Source: an uncultured Candidatus Saccharibacteria bacterium
GTDB taxonomy: Bacteria; Patescibacteriota; Saccharimonadia; Saccharimonadales; UBA10212
DNA length: 64,000 bases
Assembly: GCA_964460855.1 (NCBI GenBank)
Contig: CAYWQH010000003.1
Span: 617-64,616 of the forward strand
Direction of reading: 5' to 3'
The notes under the pieces were generated by a model. It saw only the letters and a list, made by a program, of their open reading frames with translations, was not told where the DNA came from and did no database searches. Position 1 is the first letter of the stretch. Each line of letters opens with the position of its first letter. The translations under genes were made by a program, and so were the position numbers. Positions 26,252 through 35,074 of this stretch are shown here, in pieces.

Positions 26252-27895
26252 CTACTGGTTGGCAACTAAACGCTTCAGCTCTGAGAGTTTTAATTCGTAT
26301 ATCGTGACGGGCATATTCTCGGAAACAATATGATCTGTTTGGATGTATTTTTGGCCTGTGTATAAAGTGGTTTTCTTATAATCTGGCAATTTTTGAGAAA
26401 TTAACTGGGAGAAGTGCGGAAAATAACTTTGCATTGGCATGTCATATATGACATTTACGGTGACGTTGTCGTATTGGCTGTCTATATATATGTACGGCGA
26501 ATTGTCATTTAGGCTATAGGTTGAATGGCCAGTGAAAAAATAATACGGTTCGGGCAGCGACGCTACTACCAGGCTGTTTTTTGCCAAATACTTCCGGCTC
26601 ATTTTGGCTGATACTTCCTCGTAGCCCGGCTTAAACCAAACGCCGTCGTCCCAATTATGTAAACCGTTGTATGAAATACCCACTTGCAAAATAATGCCCA
26701 AAAACAAAAGTGCCGGGATTAATTTTTGTACGTATCGGGAACGAATTAACTTAAGCCCCTCAGGAGACAGTATGAACGTTGCCCCGATAGCCGCCGGCAC
26801 GATTAAAAAAGGAAACAGGTGGGTAAAATACCTGAACATATCGGTATTAACCCTTAGGTAAATGGCGCTTAACATAAAAATCGCCAGCAGCGAAAACAGG
26901 GCAAAAGCCCGGTATTTTTTGCCGGCTAGCATCACTACATATCCGGCGGCGGCTAAAATGACCAGTATGAAATCGTTGGCCATAAAATCACGCCAACCCG
27001 GCTGGCGGGCCATATATATAAGTAAAATAAAAGTTAGGGTGGAGGCCAGTGCCACCACCAGTTTACGGGGCCATTTAAATGACGCGATCTTACCCTTAAT
27101 AATAAATACCGCGATTAAAGCTATTGCCGCCGCCACAATTACCGGCAGCTGCGATTTTAATTGGCTGGTTAAGTCTAGCGATTGCAGCGGAAGCGGATAA
27201 AAAATAAAGAAAATTGCCAAAGCAACAATAGCCGAGGCAAAAGTAATAACTATATGCTCCCAACTGGTTTTTTTAGACTGCAATATTAGCAACACAGGCA
27301 GTGCTAATACCAGGTACTCGTACCGGCACAAAACGCACAAACTAAACAGCAGGCCGGCGAGCACGAATGGGGCAATGTTTGCCGGGCTTTTGATGTTGGT
27401 AATTCTTATTACCAGGCCAAGCAAAAGCAAAACAACCAGCACGCCAAGCGTTTCGGTAAGAATAAAGCCGCCCCATACCACCAGCCCGAAGTTTATGGCT
27501 GCCAGCAAGCCGGCAATCACCGCGGTTTTGCGGCGTTTGGTGAGCTGCCAAACTAACCAACAAGAAGCCGGGATGGTTAGCAGCGAAGCGCCAAGGGCGA
27601 CTGCTTTGCCGGCGGTTTCGCCACTGGCACAGGTTGTTTTGGCAATATTAATAAGCGAGGCGTATAGCGGACGGGTCCAGGCAAAAGTTTGAGGGTAGCC
27701 CATGCCGTCCGGCCCCAGGCTGCCTACTGGGCTATTGTAATTGCGCAGATTATCGGCAACTACTAAGTTTTGGTAACTGTCGGGGTAGAATTTATAACTT
27801 GATATATTATGAAGCCTCAGTATTAGCCCCAAAACCAAGAAGGCCAGCAGCGCCAAGTAAAGTTTATAATCCCTCCAAATTTTGGCTAAAACCAT
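26252..27895 (-). CDS. GT-C fold membrane glycosyltransferase (ArnT/PMT-like)
   Basis: 547 aa, polytopic with a periplasm-side C-terminal domain, immediately upstream of the GtrB-like GT2. Architecture-level call. Confidence 0.7.
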   Translation of the reverse strand: MVLAKIWRDYKLYLALLAFLVLGLILRLHNISSYKFYPDSYQNLVVADNLRNYNSPVGSLGPDGMGYPQTFAWTRPLYASLINIAKTTCASGETAGKAVALGASLLTIPASCWLVWQLTKRRKTAVIAGLLAAINFGLVVWGGFILTETLGVLVVLLLLGLVIRITNIKSPANIAPFVLAGLLFSLCVLCRYEYLVLALPVLLILQSKKTSWEHIVITFASAIVALAIFFIFYPLPLQSLDLTSQLKSQLPVIVAAAIALIAVFIIKGKIASFKWPRKLVVALASTLTFILLIYMARQPGWRDFMANDFILVILAAAGYVVMLAGKKYRAFALFSLLAIFMLSAIYLRVNTDMFRYFTHLFPFLIVPAAIGATFILSPEGLKLIRSRYVQKLIPALLFLGIILQVGISYNGLHNWDDGVWFKPGYEEVSAKMSRKYLAKNSLVVASLPEPYYFFTGHSTYSLNDNSPYIYIDSQYDNVTVNVIYDMPMQSYFPHFSQLISQKLPDYKKTTLYTGQKYIQTDHIVSENMPVTIYELKLSELKRLVANQ

Positions 27896-27999
27896 ACAAC
27901 GATTTTAACAGTGTAATTTTTATGCTGTTTTATTGTATAAGATGCTTGCGGCCAAGTCGGGCTTAACACAAAATAAACCAATAAGTTCGTGGAGGGAAC

Positions 28000-29031
28000 A
28001 TGGCTTATAGCGCTGAGATTATTGCCGACTCAATTTCTCCGGATGATTACCGGCTTACAACTATGGAAGTTAATATTCCGAGAATTGTTTTAGCTGAGCT
28101 AAACACTCCTAGGCTATTTAGCCGCAACTCCGCAAGTTCGAGGGCAAAGCCTATTCCAGAACAACTGGAAAAAGTTGTAATTGATATGTTTATCCCAGAG
28201 GAATTCGGCCGCAACAAAAAAGGTATGAGCCCGGATTATGACAAACCTTTTTCGGATCAGGAAAAAGCGGCTGGCAGACAAATTTGGATAGAAGCGGGCC
28301 ATTTGGCCGTAGAAAAGTCATTGGAATTAAGCTTAGGCAAATATGCGATGAGAGAAGCATGTATCGCGGTGATCGGGGTCGAGTTATCTGATGTTACAGA
28401 ATTAGATAAGGCCGAAGCGCTACTTAAAGTTATCAGGTCCATGCCTAGAACCGTAGATCAAATTACTGAATTTGCTGAAAGAATTGGCGTTAGCGAATCA
28501 GAAATTTTAAATACACATAAACAATATTCCAACAGGCTGGTTGAGCCCTTTATGTGGCATACAGTAGTACTAAGCGCTACAGAATGGTCAAACTTTTACG
28601 CGCTGCGAATACACCCCGATGCCCAAACGGAGATATGTCGCGCGGCTGAAAGCATGCGTGATGCCCAAAATGAATCGAAGCCCAAGGAACTGGATTACAG
28701 CGAATGGCACTTACCATATATTTATGCCGATGAAGCCGCCCTGAGCATAGATGTGCTTAAAAAAATGTCTGCCAGCCGTTGCGCCGCTGTTAGTTACGAA
28801 CGGCAAAAAGTAGCAAAAGCAATAGAAGCTGAAGTTGATAGATATGAGCGGCTAATTTCGGGTGGACATATGTCCCCATTGGAGCACGTTGCGCGCCCAC
28901 TAGCGCCGGCAGAATTAGCTAAATCAGAATGGGACGCTAACTTCCGGGGCTGGCACCAGCTCCGTAAAGACATCCCTTACGAGGCTGACTACAGCCTTTA
29001 CCTGGCGAATGCCGGAGTCATGGATAAATAA
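28000..29031 (+). CDS. ThyX-like (Thy1 family) protein, divergent
   Basis: LAELNTPRLFSRNSASSRAKP aligns by eye with the ThyX (R/T)HRxxSxxxxSxR motif, and GHMSPLEHVARP with the ThyX HxSxxEH segment. The His of the (R/T)HR triplet is Pro here. Confidence 0.55.
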   Translation: MAYSAEIIADSISPDDYRLTTMEVNIPRIVLAELNTPRLFSRNSASSRAKPIPEQLEKVVIDMFIPEEFGRNKKGMSPDYDKPFSDQEKAAGRQIWIEAGHLAVEKSLELSLGKYAMREACIAVIGVELSDVTELDKAEALLKVIRSMPRTVDQITEFAERIGVSESEILNTHKQYSNRLVEPFMWHTVVLSATEWSNFYALRIHPDAQTEICRAAESMRDAQNESKPKELDYSEWHLPYIYADEAALSIDVLKKMSASRCAAVSYERQKVAKAIEAEVDRYERLISGGHMSPLEHVARPLAPAELAKSEWDANFRGWHQLRKDIPYEADYSLYLANAGVMDK

Positions 29032-29086
29032 ATGGGTGAGAAGCAAACTTTGAGCCAAGTCCACCGCTACACTCGGCTGTTACAGA

Positions 29087-29095
29087 TGTTATAAT
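29087..29095 (+). promoter_or_regulatory. extended -10 element (TGtTATAAT)
   Basis: Lies 24 nt upstream of GTG 29119. Confidence 0.4.
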
Positions 29096-29118
29096 AGCCG
29101 ACAGTAAAGGTACTCTTA

Positions 29119-29778
29119 GTGTCTAAAGTAGTTCTCCAAAAACCGGTATTAGTTGCTTTTTACGGATTTCCGGGTTCCGGTAAAAGTTTTGTGGCCCGCC
29201 AGCTGTCGGAAGCGCTAAACATTGTTGTAGTTAGCGCCGACCGTATCCGGTCTGAGTTGTTTGAGCAACCGCGCTACGATAAGGAAGAAAATTCTATTGT
29301 TATGCACCTGGTAAACTACATGACCGGCGAGTTTTTAAACGCCGGGGTGAGTGTGGCTTACGATACCAATTCCATGCGCGCCGCCCAGCGCCGCGAACTG
29401 CGCGAAATGGCCCGAAAGCACAAGGCCGGCTATATGTTAATTTGGCTGCAAATTGACCCCGACACGGCATTTGCGCGCACCCAAAAGCGCGACCGCCGCA
29501 CGTACGACGATAAATTTGCCGCCGCCCATACCGAAGAAACTTTCCATAGCTTTTTAAACTACATGCAAAACCCCAAAGACGAAGATTACCTGGTTATTAG
29601 CGGCAAACACACATTTAGCACCCAAAAGAACGCGATTATGAACCGGCTATACCAACTGGGAGTGTTAATGACCGATAACATCACCCAAGGCGTCGCCAAA
29701 CCGGGACTGGTTAATTTAGTGCCCAAGCCGCAAGCCGGCCGAGTAGATTTAAGCAGGCGGAATATAGTTATCCGTTAA
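29119..29778 (+). CDS. P-loop kinase (AAA_33 / zeta-toxin-like / polynucleotide-kinase-like fold)
   Basis: Walker A FYGFPGSGKSF, followed by SADRIRSELF and the Arg-rich lid AQRRELREM. Confidence 0.75.
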   Translation: MSKVVLQKPVLVAFYGFPGSGKSFVARQLSEALNIVVVSADRIRSELFEQPRYDKEENSIVMHLVNYMTGEFLNAGVSVAYDTNSMRAAQRRELREMARKHKAGYMLIWLQIDPDTAFARTQKRDRRTYDDKFAAAHTEETFHSFLNYMQNPKDEDYLVISGKHTFSTQKNAIMNRLYQLGVLMTDNITQGVAKPGLVNLVPKPQAGRVDLSRRNIVIR

Positions 29779-29781
29779 AAA

Positions 29782-30483
29782 ATGGCCCAGCGTAAAGTTC
29801 TTATAGACGGACTTGGCCAGGTAATACTAGCCAAGCGCCGCGGTTCTAAACACATCAGGCTAAGCGTTAATGCCCGCGGCGACGTGCGGATTAATGTGCC
29901 ATACTGGCTGCCGTACGAAGCCGGAATACAGTTTGCTTTGAGCCGCCGCGAATGGCTTGATAATCAGCGCCGGCAGCAACCCAAGCTACAAATTAACCAT
30001 GGTTCCCGAATTGGCAAAGCCCACCAGTTGGAATTTGTTGAATCAAAAGCATTACGCAGCACAATTAAAAACAACGTAATCCGCGTAGGTTTACCCACGG
30101 CCAGCCACCACCTGGATTTAGACGTCCAAAAAGCCGCCATGCGGGCCAGCGAAAAAGCCTTAAAAATAGAGGCCGAAAAACTGCTGCCGCAGCGCTTAAA
30201 AACTTTAGCCTTGGCGCACGACCTGCATTATTCTTCGGTAAAAATTAAAAAAATGCACAGCCGCTGGGGCAGTTGCAGCAATAAGGCCGAAATCACTCTA
30301 AGCTACTATCTTATCCAGTTACCGTGGCATTTGATTGATTATGTGATTATGCACGAGCTGTCGCACACCGTTTATCTGGACCACCAGCCAAAGTTCTGGC
30401 AAACCCTGGAAAGATTTTTGCCAAACGTTAAACAACTAAGAAAAGAAATAAAAAATTACCGGCCGGTAATCATGCCTGCCTAA
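29782..30483 (+). CDS. YgjP-like / M48-family zinc metallohydrolase (DUF45)
   Basis: SRWGSCSNKAEITLSYYLIQLP and IMHELSHTVYLDHQPKFW (HExxH). Confidence 0.8.
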   Translation: MAQRKVLIDGLGQVILAKRRGSKHIRLSVNARGDVRINVPYWLPYEAGIQFALSRREWLDNQRRQQPKLQINHGSRIGKAHQLEFVESKALRSTIKNNVIRVGLPTASHHLDLDVQKAAMRASEKALKIEAEKLLPQRLKTLALAHDLHYSSVKIKKMHSRWGSCSNKAEITLSYYLIQLPWHLIDYVIMHELSHTVYLDHQPKFWQTLERFLPNVKQLRKEIKNYRPVIMPA

Positions 30484-30513
30484 TTCATGCCGCTTATGGC
30501 ATAATGCTTAATC

Positions 30514-31638
30514 ATGGAACCGCAATCCAGTATTCCGGCTGTCCAGCCCCGGCAGGGCAGCGACCTTGACCACCAGCGTTTAGTGGCACTGCTTAACAGC
30601 ATGGCCGACGGCGTGATTGCCACCGACGAAAATGCCAAAATCGTGTTGAGCAACGGCGCGGCGCTAAACATACTCGATGTTAACGATACGCTGACCAATA
30701 AAAATTTGGCCGAAGTTTTTAAACTAACGGATAAGATGGGGCATAACGTCAATTTCCAGGACGTGGTTTTGAATGCTAAAACCGCCTACGTCACCCGCGA
30801 CTGGAAAATTACCCTAAGTGACGGCAGCGACGTAAACCTATATGTAAGTATCGCCCCGGTACACCTCGGTTTTGGTATTGGCGGCCAGCAAGGCTGGGTA
30901 ATACTGCTGCGCGATATCACCCGCGAAAAATCATTAGAAGAAGAGCGCGAAGAGTTTATTAGCGTGGTCAGCCACGAACTGCGCACGCCTATCGCCATAT
31001 CTGAGGGTTACGTCAGCAACACGCTGATGTTTGCCGAGCGCAACCCCAGCACCGACCCCAAACTTATCAAGATGCTAAACGATACCCACGACCAGGTAGT
31101 GTTTTTAGCTAATATGATTAATGACTTATCGACCTTGTCGCGCGCCGAGCGCGGCAAGTTGGAAATTACCGTCGAATCGATTAACGTTCATGACTTATTA
31201 AACTCACTAGTAAAAGATTACGAGCCATCGGCCAGCCGCAAGAACCTTACGATAAACGCCCAGCCGGACGAAAACCTGGAAATTTTGCAAAGCTGTACAC
31301 TTTACGTGCGCGAAATACTTCAAAACTTTATAACCAATGCCATTAAATATACCGAGCAGGGCGGGGTAACAATTAGCGCCCATAACCACGAAGGCGGCGT
31401 AATGTTCGAAGTAACCGACACCGGCATCGGCATAAGCAAGCCCGACCAGGAAAAAGTTTTTGATAAATTCTTTAGAAGCGAAGACTTCCGGACACGCAAA
31501 AACAACGGCACCGGCCTGGGCCTTTACGTAACCATGAAGCTAGCCCGCATGCTGCACGCCGAAATCGAGCTTCAAAGCGAACTCAACCGCGGCAGCACAT
31601 TCCGGATTTTTATACCCAATATGGAACTTACCCAGTAG
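30514..31638 (+). CDS. cytoplasmic sensor histidine kinase (PAS-HisKA-HATPase_c), orphan
   Basis: H-box SVVSHELRTPI, N-box NFITNAIKYT, G-boxes DTGIGI and GTGLGL. No TM segment and no adjacent response regulator. Confidence 0.9.
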   Translation: MEPQSSIPAVQPRQGSDLDHQRLVALLNSMADGVIATDENAKIVLSNGAALNILDVNDTLTNKNLAEVFKLTDKMGHNVNFQDVVLNAKTAYVTRDWKITLSDGSDVNLYVSIAPVHLGFGIGGQQGWVILLRDITREKSLEEEREEFISVVSHELRTPIAISEGYVSNTLMFAERNPSTDPKLIKMLNDTHDQVVFLANMINDLSTLSRAERGKLEITVESINVHDLLNSLVKDYEPSASRKNLTINAQPDENLEILQSCTLYVREILQNFITNAIKYTEQGGVTISAHNHEGGVMFEVTDTGIGISKPDQEKVFDKFFRSEDFRTRKNNGTGLGLYVTMKLARMLHAEIELQSELNRGSTFRIFIPNMELTQ

Positions 31639-33196
31639 ATTTTAGCTTTTTAGCAGCCGGCTTGGCGGATAGGGGCGGCAAACTGGGGAATACCTGCATG
31701 ATCGGCAGGCAAATGTTGCGGCCCTTCCAGTTAACTTCGGAAAATTCATATTTAAACATCGAAATATTTTGCAGAATTATTTCACTTAAAACTACACTTG
31801 GAAAACTGATTATTGCCAGCGGCCAGGTCCGGTTATTAGTGGCAAATGTTATAAACAAATGGCCGGCGGTAAATAGGATAGCAGCCACGGCGGCCATTAC
31901 TGTCCACCAGTCGGCATTAAGCCAGATTAAGCCCGGCAGAAGGGCGGCAAACGGGGCAACGAGCACCAGAAGTTCCAACAGGCTTACCAGCATGACGCTT
32001 TCCGGGCGGCGGTGCACCGTAGGGTAGCGGGCGCGGATAGCCGTGCCGATTTGGTCTTTGGTTGGCTTAACCGTGTAAATTTTTAGGCTTGCGGAAGTGC
32101 GCAGCATTTTATAATTATTAGTTTCGGCCAGCCGCCGGGCAAAAACGGCTTCGGGCAATATGTTACGCGACAAAGCTTTAAAGCCGCCGAGCTGCTTATA
32201 GGCCGCGGCCGTAATAAACCAGCATGTGCTCAGCACGGGCGGATGGCTTTTAATTTTATCGGGGATAGCCAGCTCCAGCCAATATCTCATCGGCTGTATT
32301 AAAACTCCCAGCCAGCTATGGCCGGTGCGCCGCGGCATAACAGAAACCATATCGGCGCCCGACTTGTGCATTAAATCGATTATGGAACTTAGGGCGTGCC
32401 CGTCGAGCCTAACGTCAGCGCCGATAAACCCGTAAACCGAACCGTTGGATTCGCTAACCAAGCGGTCGTAAGCCTGGTTTTTGGCAAGCCAGCTATCTTT
32501 GGGCTCTTTGCCTTGGATAAAGCGCACACCGTCGTGGGCAAAAGCTTTAATTGCCTGAGGGGTTTTATCTTGGCTGCAATCGTCTAATACGATAACTTCC
32601 AGCTTTTGGTAGTCGCTTTTGATGGCTGCCTGGATACATTCGGTAACTTCAGCCGTTTCGTTACGGGCAGGGATTAGCAGGCTGATGGCTGGCAGTTTAG
32701 CGGTCCGCTGCCCGGCGGATTTAGCGTTAGCCGGGTTTGGCGTCATTGCCAGCAGCTGCCGGACAATAATTACCAAAGTTGCCAACGAGGTTAGTGCCGA
32801 TACGGCCATAACTATTAATAAGGCAGTGCCCAGGCCGGCAATATTCCATTTTTCGTGAACCAGCCACCAGCCGCCATATAAAACCAGCTGGCTGGCCAGC
32901 AAAATTAACGAGCTGCGGCGCACAACGGATTGCAGTTCTTGCTCACCGCGCCTACACTCGACCAACCTCAAAACATTTATCATTCGGTAAAAAGTAACGA
33001 TTACCGCTAAAAATCCAGCTGCGGATGGCATATGTACGGCCAAAGCGGCGGCGCCAAACATTGAGGTGATGCCGGATATACCGCCACAAACCGTCCGCCA
33101 ATTGCCCGGTTTGGATAAAATAGCCAGCAGCTCAAAAGCCAAACCTATGGCTAACATAATCAGGCTGACTACCAGCGGATCCGGCAACGTTATCAT
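31628..33196 (-). CDS. membrane-embedded GT2 glycosyltransferase
   Basis: N-terminal TM bundle, the GT2 core LLIPARNETAEV...VIVLDDCSQDKT, and C-terminal TM helices. Confidence 0.8.
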   Translation of the reverse strand: MITLPDPLVVSLIMLAIGLAFELLAILSKPGNWRTVCGGISGITSMFGAAALAVHMPSAAGFLAVIVTFYRMINVLRLVECRRGEQELQSVVRRSSLILLASQLVLYGGWWLVHEKWNIAGLGTALLIVMAVSALTSLATLVIIVRQLLAMTPNPANAKSAGQRTAKLPAISLLIPARNETAEVTECIQAAIKSDYQKLEVIVLDDCSQDKTPQAIKAFAHDGVRFIQGKEPKDSWLAKNQAYDRLVSESNGSVYGFIGADVRLDGHALSSIIDLMHKSGADMVSVMPRRTGHSWLGVLIQPMRYWLELAIPDKIKSHPPVLSTCWFITAAAYKQLGGFKALSRNILPEAVFARRLAETNNYKMLRTSASLKIYTVKPTKDQIGTAIRARYPTVHRRPESVMLVSLLELLVLVAPFAALLPGLIWLNADWWTVMAAVAAILFTAGHLFITFATNNRTWPLAIISFPSVVLSEIILQNISMFKYEFSEVNWKGRNICLPIMQVFPSLPPLSAKPAAKKLKSTG

Positions 33197-33230
33197 TTAA
33201 AACCAATATAGCATAAGCGACGGCCAGCAA

Positions 33231-33259
33231 TTGACATAAGTCTGATAGCCATATAGTAT
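33231..33259 (+). promoter_or_regulatory. consensus promoter of secE-nusG (TTGACA-17 nt-TAGTAT)
   Basis: Hexamers at 33231-33236 and 33254-33259. Confidence 0.6.
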
Positions 33260-33269
33260 TGACAGCAAT

Positions 33270-33298
33270 GGCCTACAGATATTGTAGGCTTTTTATTT
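33270..33298 (+). terminator. promoter-proximal terminator-like hairpin in the secE leader
   Basis: GCCTACA-GATAT-TGTAGGC followed by TTTTTATTT. It begins about 5 nt after the predicted TSS and ends 18 nt before ATG 33316. Confidence 0.45.
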
Positions 33299-33315
33299 GG
33301 AGACAATAACGGAGT

Positions 33316-33732
33316 ATGTCTGACGACAAACCAGCCAGGCGGCCGCGGATCCGCAAGCCGGCGCCAACCATGCGCGAGCAAGCAGAGCAGGCCCGCAATA
33401 AAGCCGAAGCCGACGCCCAGCCTAAAAAAGTCCGCGCTACAGCCAGCAAGGTAACCAAACCGGTAAAATCTGGTTTTAGGTGGCTTGGCAAAGAGTATTA
33501 TTTGCCGATGCCGGAAAATAAAGCCGGGCGGGTTCTAAATAAGCGCCGCCGGTTTATCCCGCGCTACTTCCGCGAATCGTGGGCAGAGGTTAGGCTGGTA
33601 ACCTGGCCGAGCCGCCGCGAAAGCTGGCGCTTAACCGGCGCCGTATTCGTATTCGCGATAATTTTTGGACTAGCCGTGGCTGTAGTAGACAAAGGGTTAG
33701 ACGCGGCCTTTAAGCATTTAATTTTGAAATAA
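33316..33732 (+). CDS. secE: preprotein translocase subunit SecE with a long basic N-terminal extension
   Basis: C-terminal ESWAEVRLVTWPSRRESWRLTGAVFVFAIIFGLAVAVVDKGL is the SecE core. It is preceded by about 80 aa rich in K/R/A/P. Confidence 0.85.
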   Translation: MSDDKPARRPRIRKPAPTMREQAEQARNKAEADAQPKKVRATASKVTKPVKSGFRWLGKEYYLPMPENKAGRVLNKRRRFIPRYFRESWAEVRLVTWPSRRESWRLTGAVFVFAIIFGLAVAVVDKGLDAAFKHLILK

Positions 33733-33748
33733 GGAGCAGATAACAATA

Positions 33749-34291
33749 ATGAGTAAGCGGTACGATTCGACCAAACAATGGTATGCCATCCATACCTATA
33801 GCGGTTATGAAGAAAAAGTGGCCGAGAGTATCCGCCAGCGCGCTGATTCTTTGGATATGAAAGATAAAATCTTTCAGGTTTTAGTGCCTAAAGAAAAAAT
33901 GATTGAAATTAAAAACGGCAAGCGTAAAGTCGTAGAAAAGCGGATCTTCCAGGGTTATGTCTTAGTACAAATGAAAATGAGCGAAGACGCCTGGTACATC
34001 GTGCGCAATACGCCAAACGTTACAGGCTTTGTGGGTACCGGTACCGAGCCAACACCGGTTGCTACCGACGAAATGGAAAAAATCATGAAGCGAATGGGCC
34101 GCGAAGAACCCAAGCACAAGATCGATTACCGCGTGGGCGAAGTGGTTAACATTATCGATGGCCCGTTCAAGGGCTTCGACGGCGCCATCAACGAAATTGA
34201 CGAGCAAAAAGGCAAGCTAAAAGTTTTGGTTAACATGTTCGGCCGCGAAACTCCAGTTGAGCTGGACAGCCTTCAAGTAAAAAGAGTATAA
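33749..34291 (+). CDS. nusG: transcription termination/antitermination factor NusG
   Basis: WYAIHTYSGYEEKV (NGN domain) and C-terminal KOW GEVVNIIDGPFKGFDGAINEID. AAGGAG RBS. Confidence 0.95.
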   Translation: MSKRYDSTKQWYAIHTYSGYEEKVAESIRQRADSLDMKDKIFQVLVPKEKMIEIKNGKRKVVEKRIFQGYVLVQMKMSEDAWYIVRNTPNVTGFVGTGTEPTPVATDEMEKIMKRMGREEPKHKIDYRVGEVVNIIDGPFKGFDGAINEIDEQKGKLKVLVNMFGRETPVELDSLQVKRV

Positions 34292-34341
34292 ATCATACTT
34301 AGCCGGGTGGTAATTCATTAATACCTTAGGAGATTAAGTTT

Positions 34342-34836
34342 ATGGAATTGCCAAAATTTTTAGAAAAACTTAAAGGAAACAAACCAAGGGTTTACTCCGA
34401 GGAGGAGATTTTAGCCGCAAACCAAAATTTACAGGCAGGCGATGAAATAGTAGTTATTGATGTCTTGGCTAACCCGACCGCTACTAACCTACTGGATGAA
34501 GCTGAGATTCGCTATCTTATAGATTATGCAGATTTTAAGCCCGCACGAGACTCATTGGGCAGAATAGCCACTTTAGGTGCCGGGCATGAGTCAGGCGTTA
34601 TTATGGAATTTGACCCGACAGTACAAAGAGTTATTCCTTTGCCGCCTAATTACCACGAATTTGATCCTTATATTTTCTCCAAGGCATTGGATAAGAAAAA
34701 CGTTGCGGTAATCGAATCTCCTGAAGCTATAGTTTGGCCTCCGGAAGGTAATGATAGAGAAATATGGGAAAACTATGCGGCAAGGTTAGATAAAGCATTG
34801 GAGGAGCGCCGCCGAAAAGGCATTCAGCGTCCCTAA
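34342..34836 (+). CDS. hypothetical protein (164 aa) inserted between nusG and rplK
   Basis: AGGAG lies 8 nt upstream of ATG. No motif recognised. Confidence 0.7.
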   Translation: MELPKFLEKLKGNKPRVYSEEEILAANQNLQAGDEIVVIDVLANPTATNLLDEAEIRYLIDYADFKPARDSLGRIATLGAGHESGVIMEFDPTVQRVIPLPPNYHEFDPYIFSKALDKKNVAVIESPEAIVWPPEGNDREIWENYAARLDKALEERRRKGIQRP

Positions 34837-34846
34837 TGATAACGGC

Positions 34847-34881
34847 GGCGCGGGGGAGGAGAATTCACTCGACCCCGCGCC
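34847..34881. other. 9-bp GC hairpin between convergent genes
   Basis: GGCGCGGGG-N17-CCCCGCGCC. No T-run on either side. Confidence 0.6.
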
Positions 34882-34892
34882 AGGAACCCGAA

Positions 34893-35042
34893 CTAGTGCG
34901 TGACGTATGGGCTGTGCGGATGGAAGTGGACGCTGAAGTCGTCCGCACCGAAACCCACGCTGAAGTGGAAGCTCGTGGCACAGAGCGCCACGATGATGAT
35001 CACGAAGACGACGAGCGCGATCACCAAGGGGGGAGCGTTCAT
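34893..35042 (-). CDS. 49-aa hydrophobic peptide (type I toxin-like), GC3-rich
   Basis: Below the ORF-track cutoff; my translation gives MNAPPLVIALVVFVIIIVALCATSFHFSVGFGADDFSVHFHPHSPYVTH. AAAGGTG lies 5 nt upstream. It has its own TTGCCT-17-TATAAA promoter. Hand count: 90/150 G+C, and 44 of 50 codons end in G/C. Confidence 0.5.
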   Translation of the reverse strand: MNAPPLVIALVVFVIIIVALCATSFHFSVGFGADDFSVHFHPHSPYVTH

Positions 35043-35074
35043 CTCACACCTTTCCTAAGTAGTCGGACTTTACT

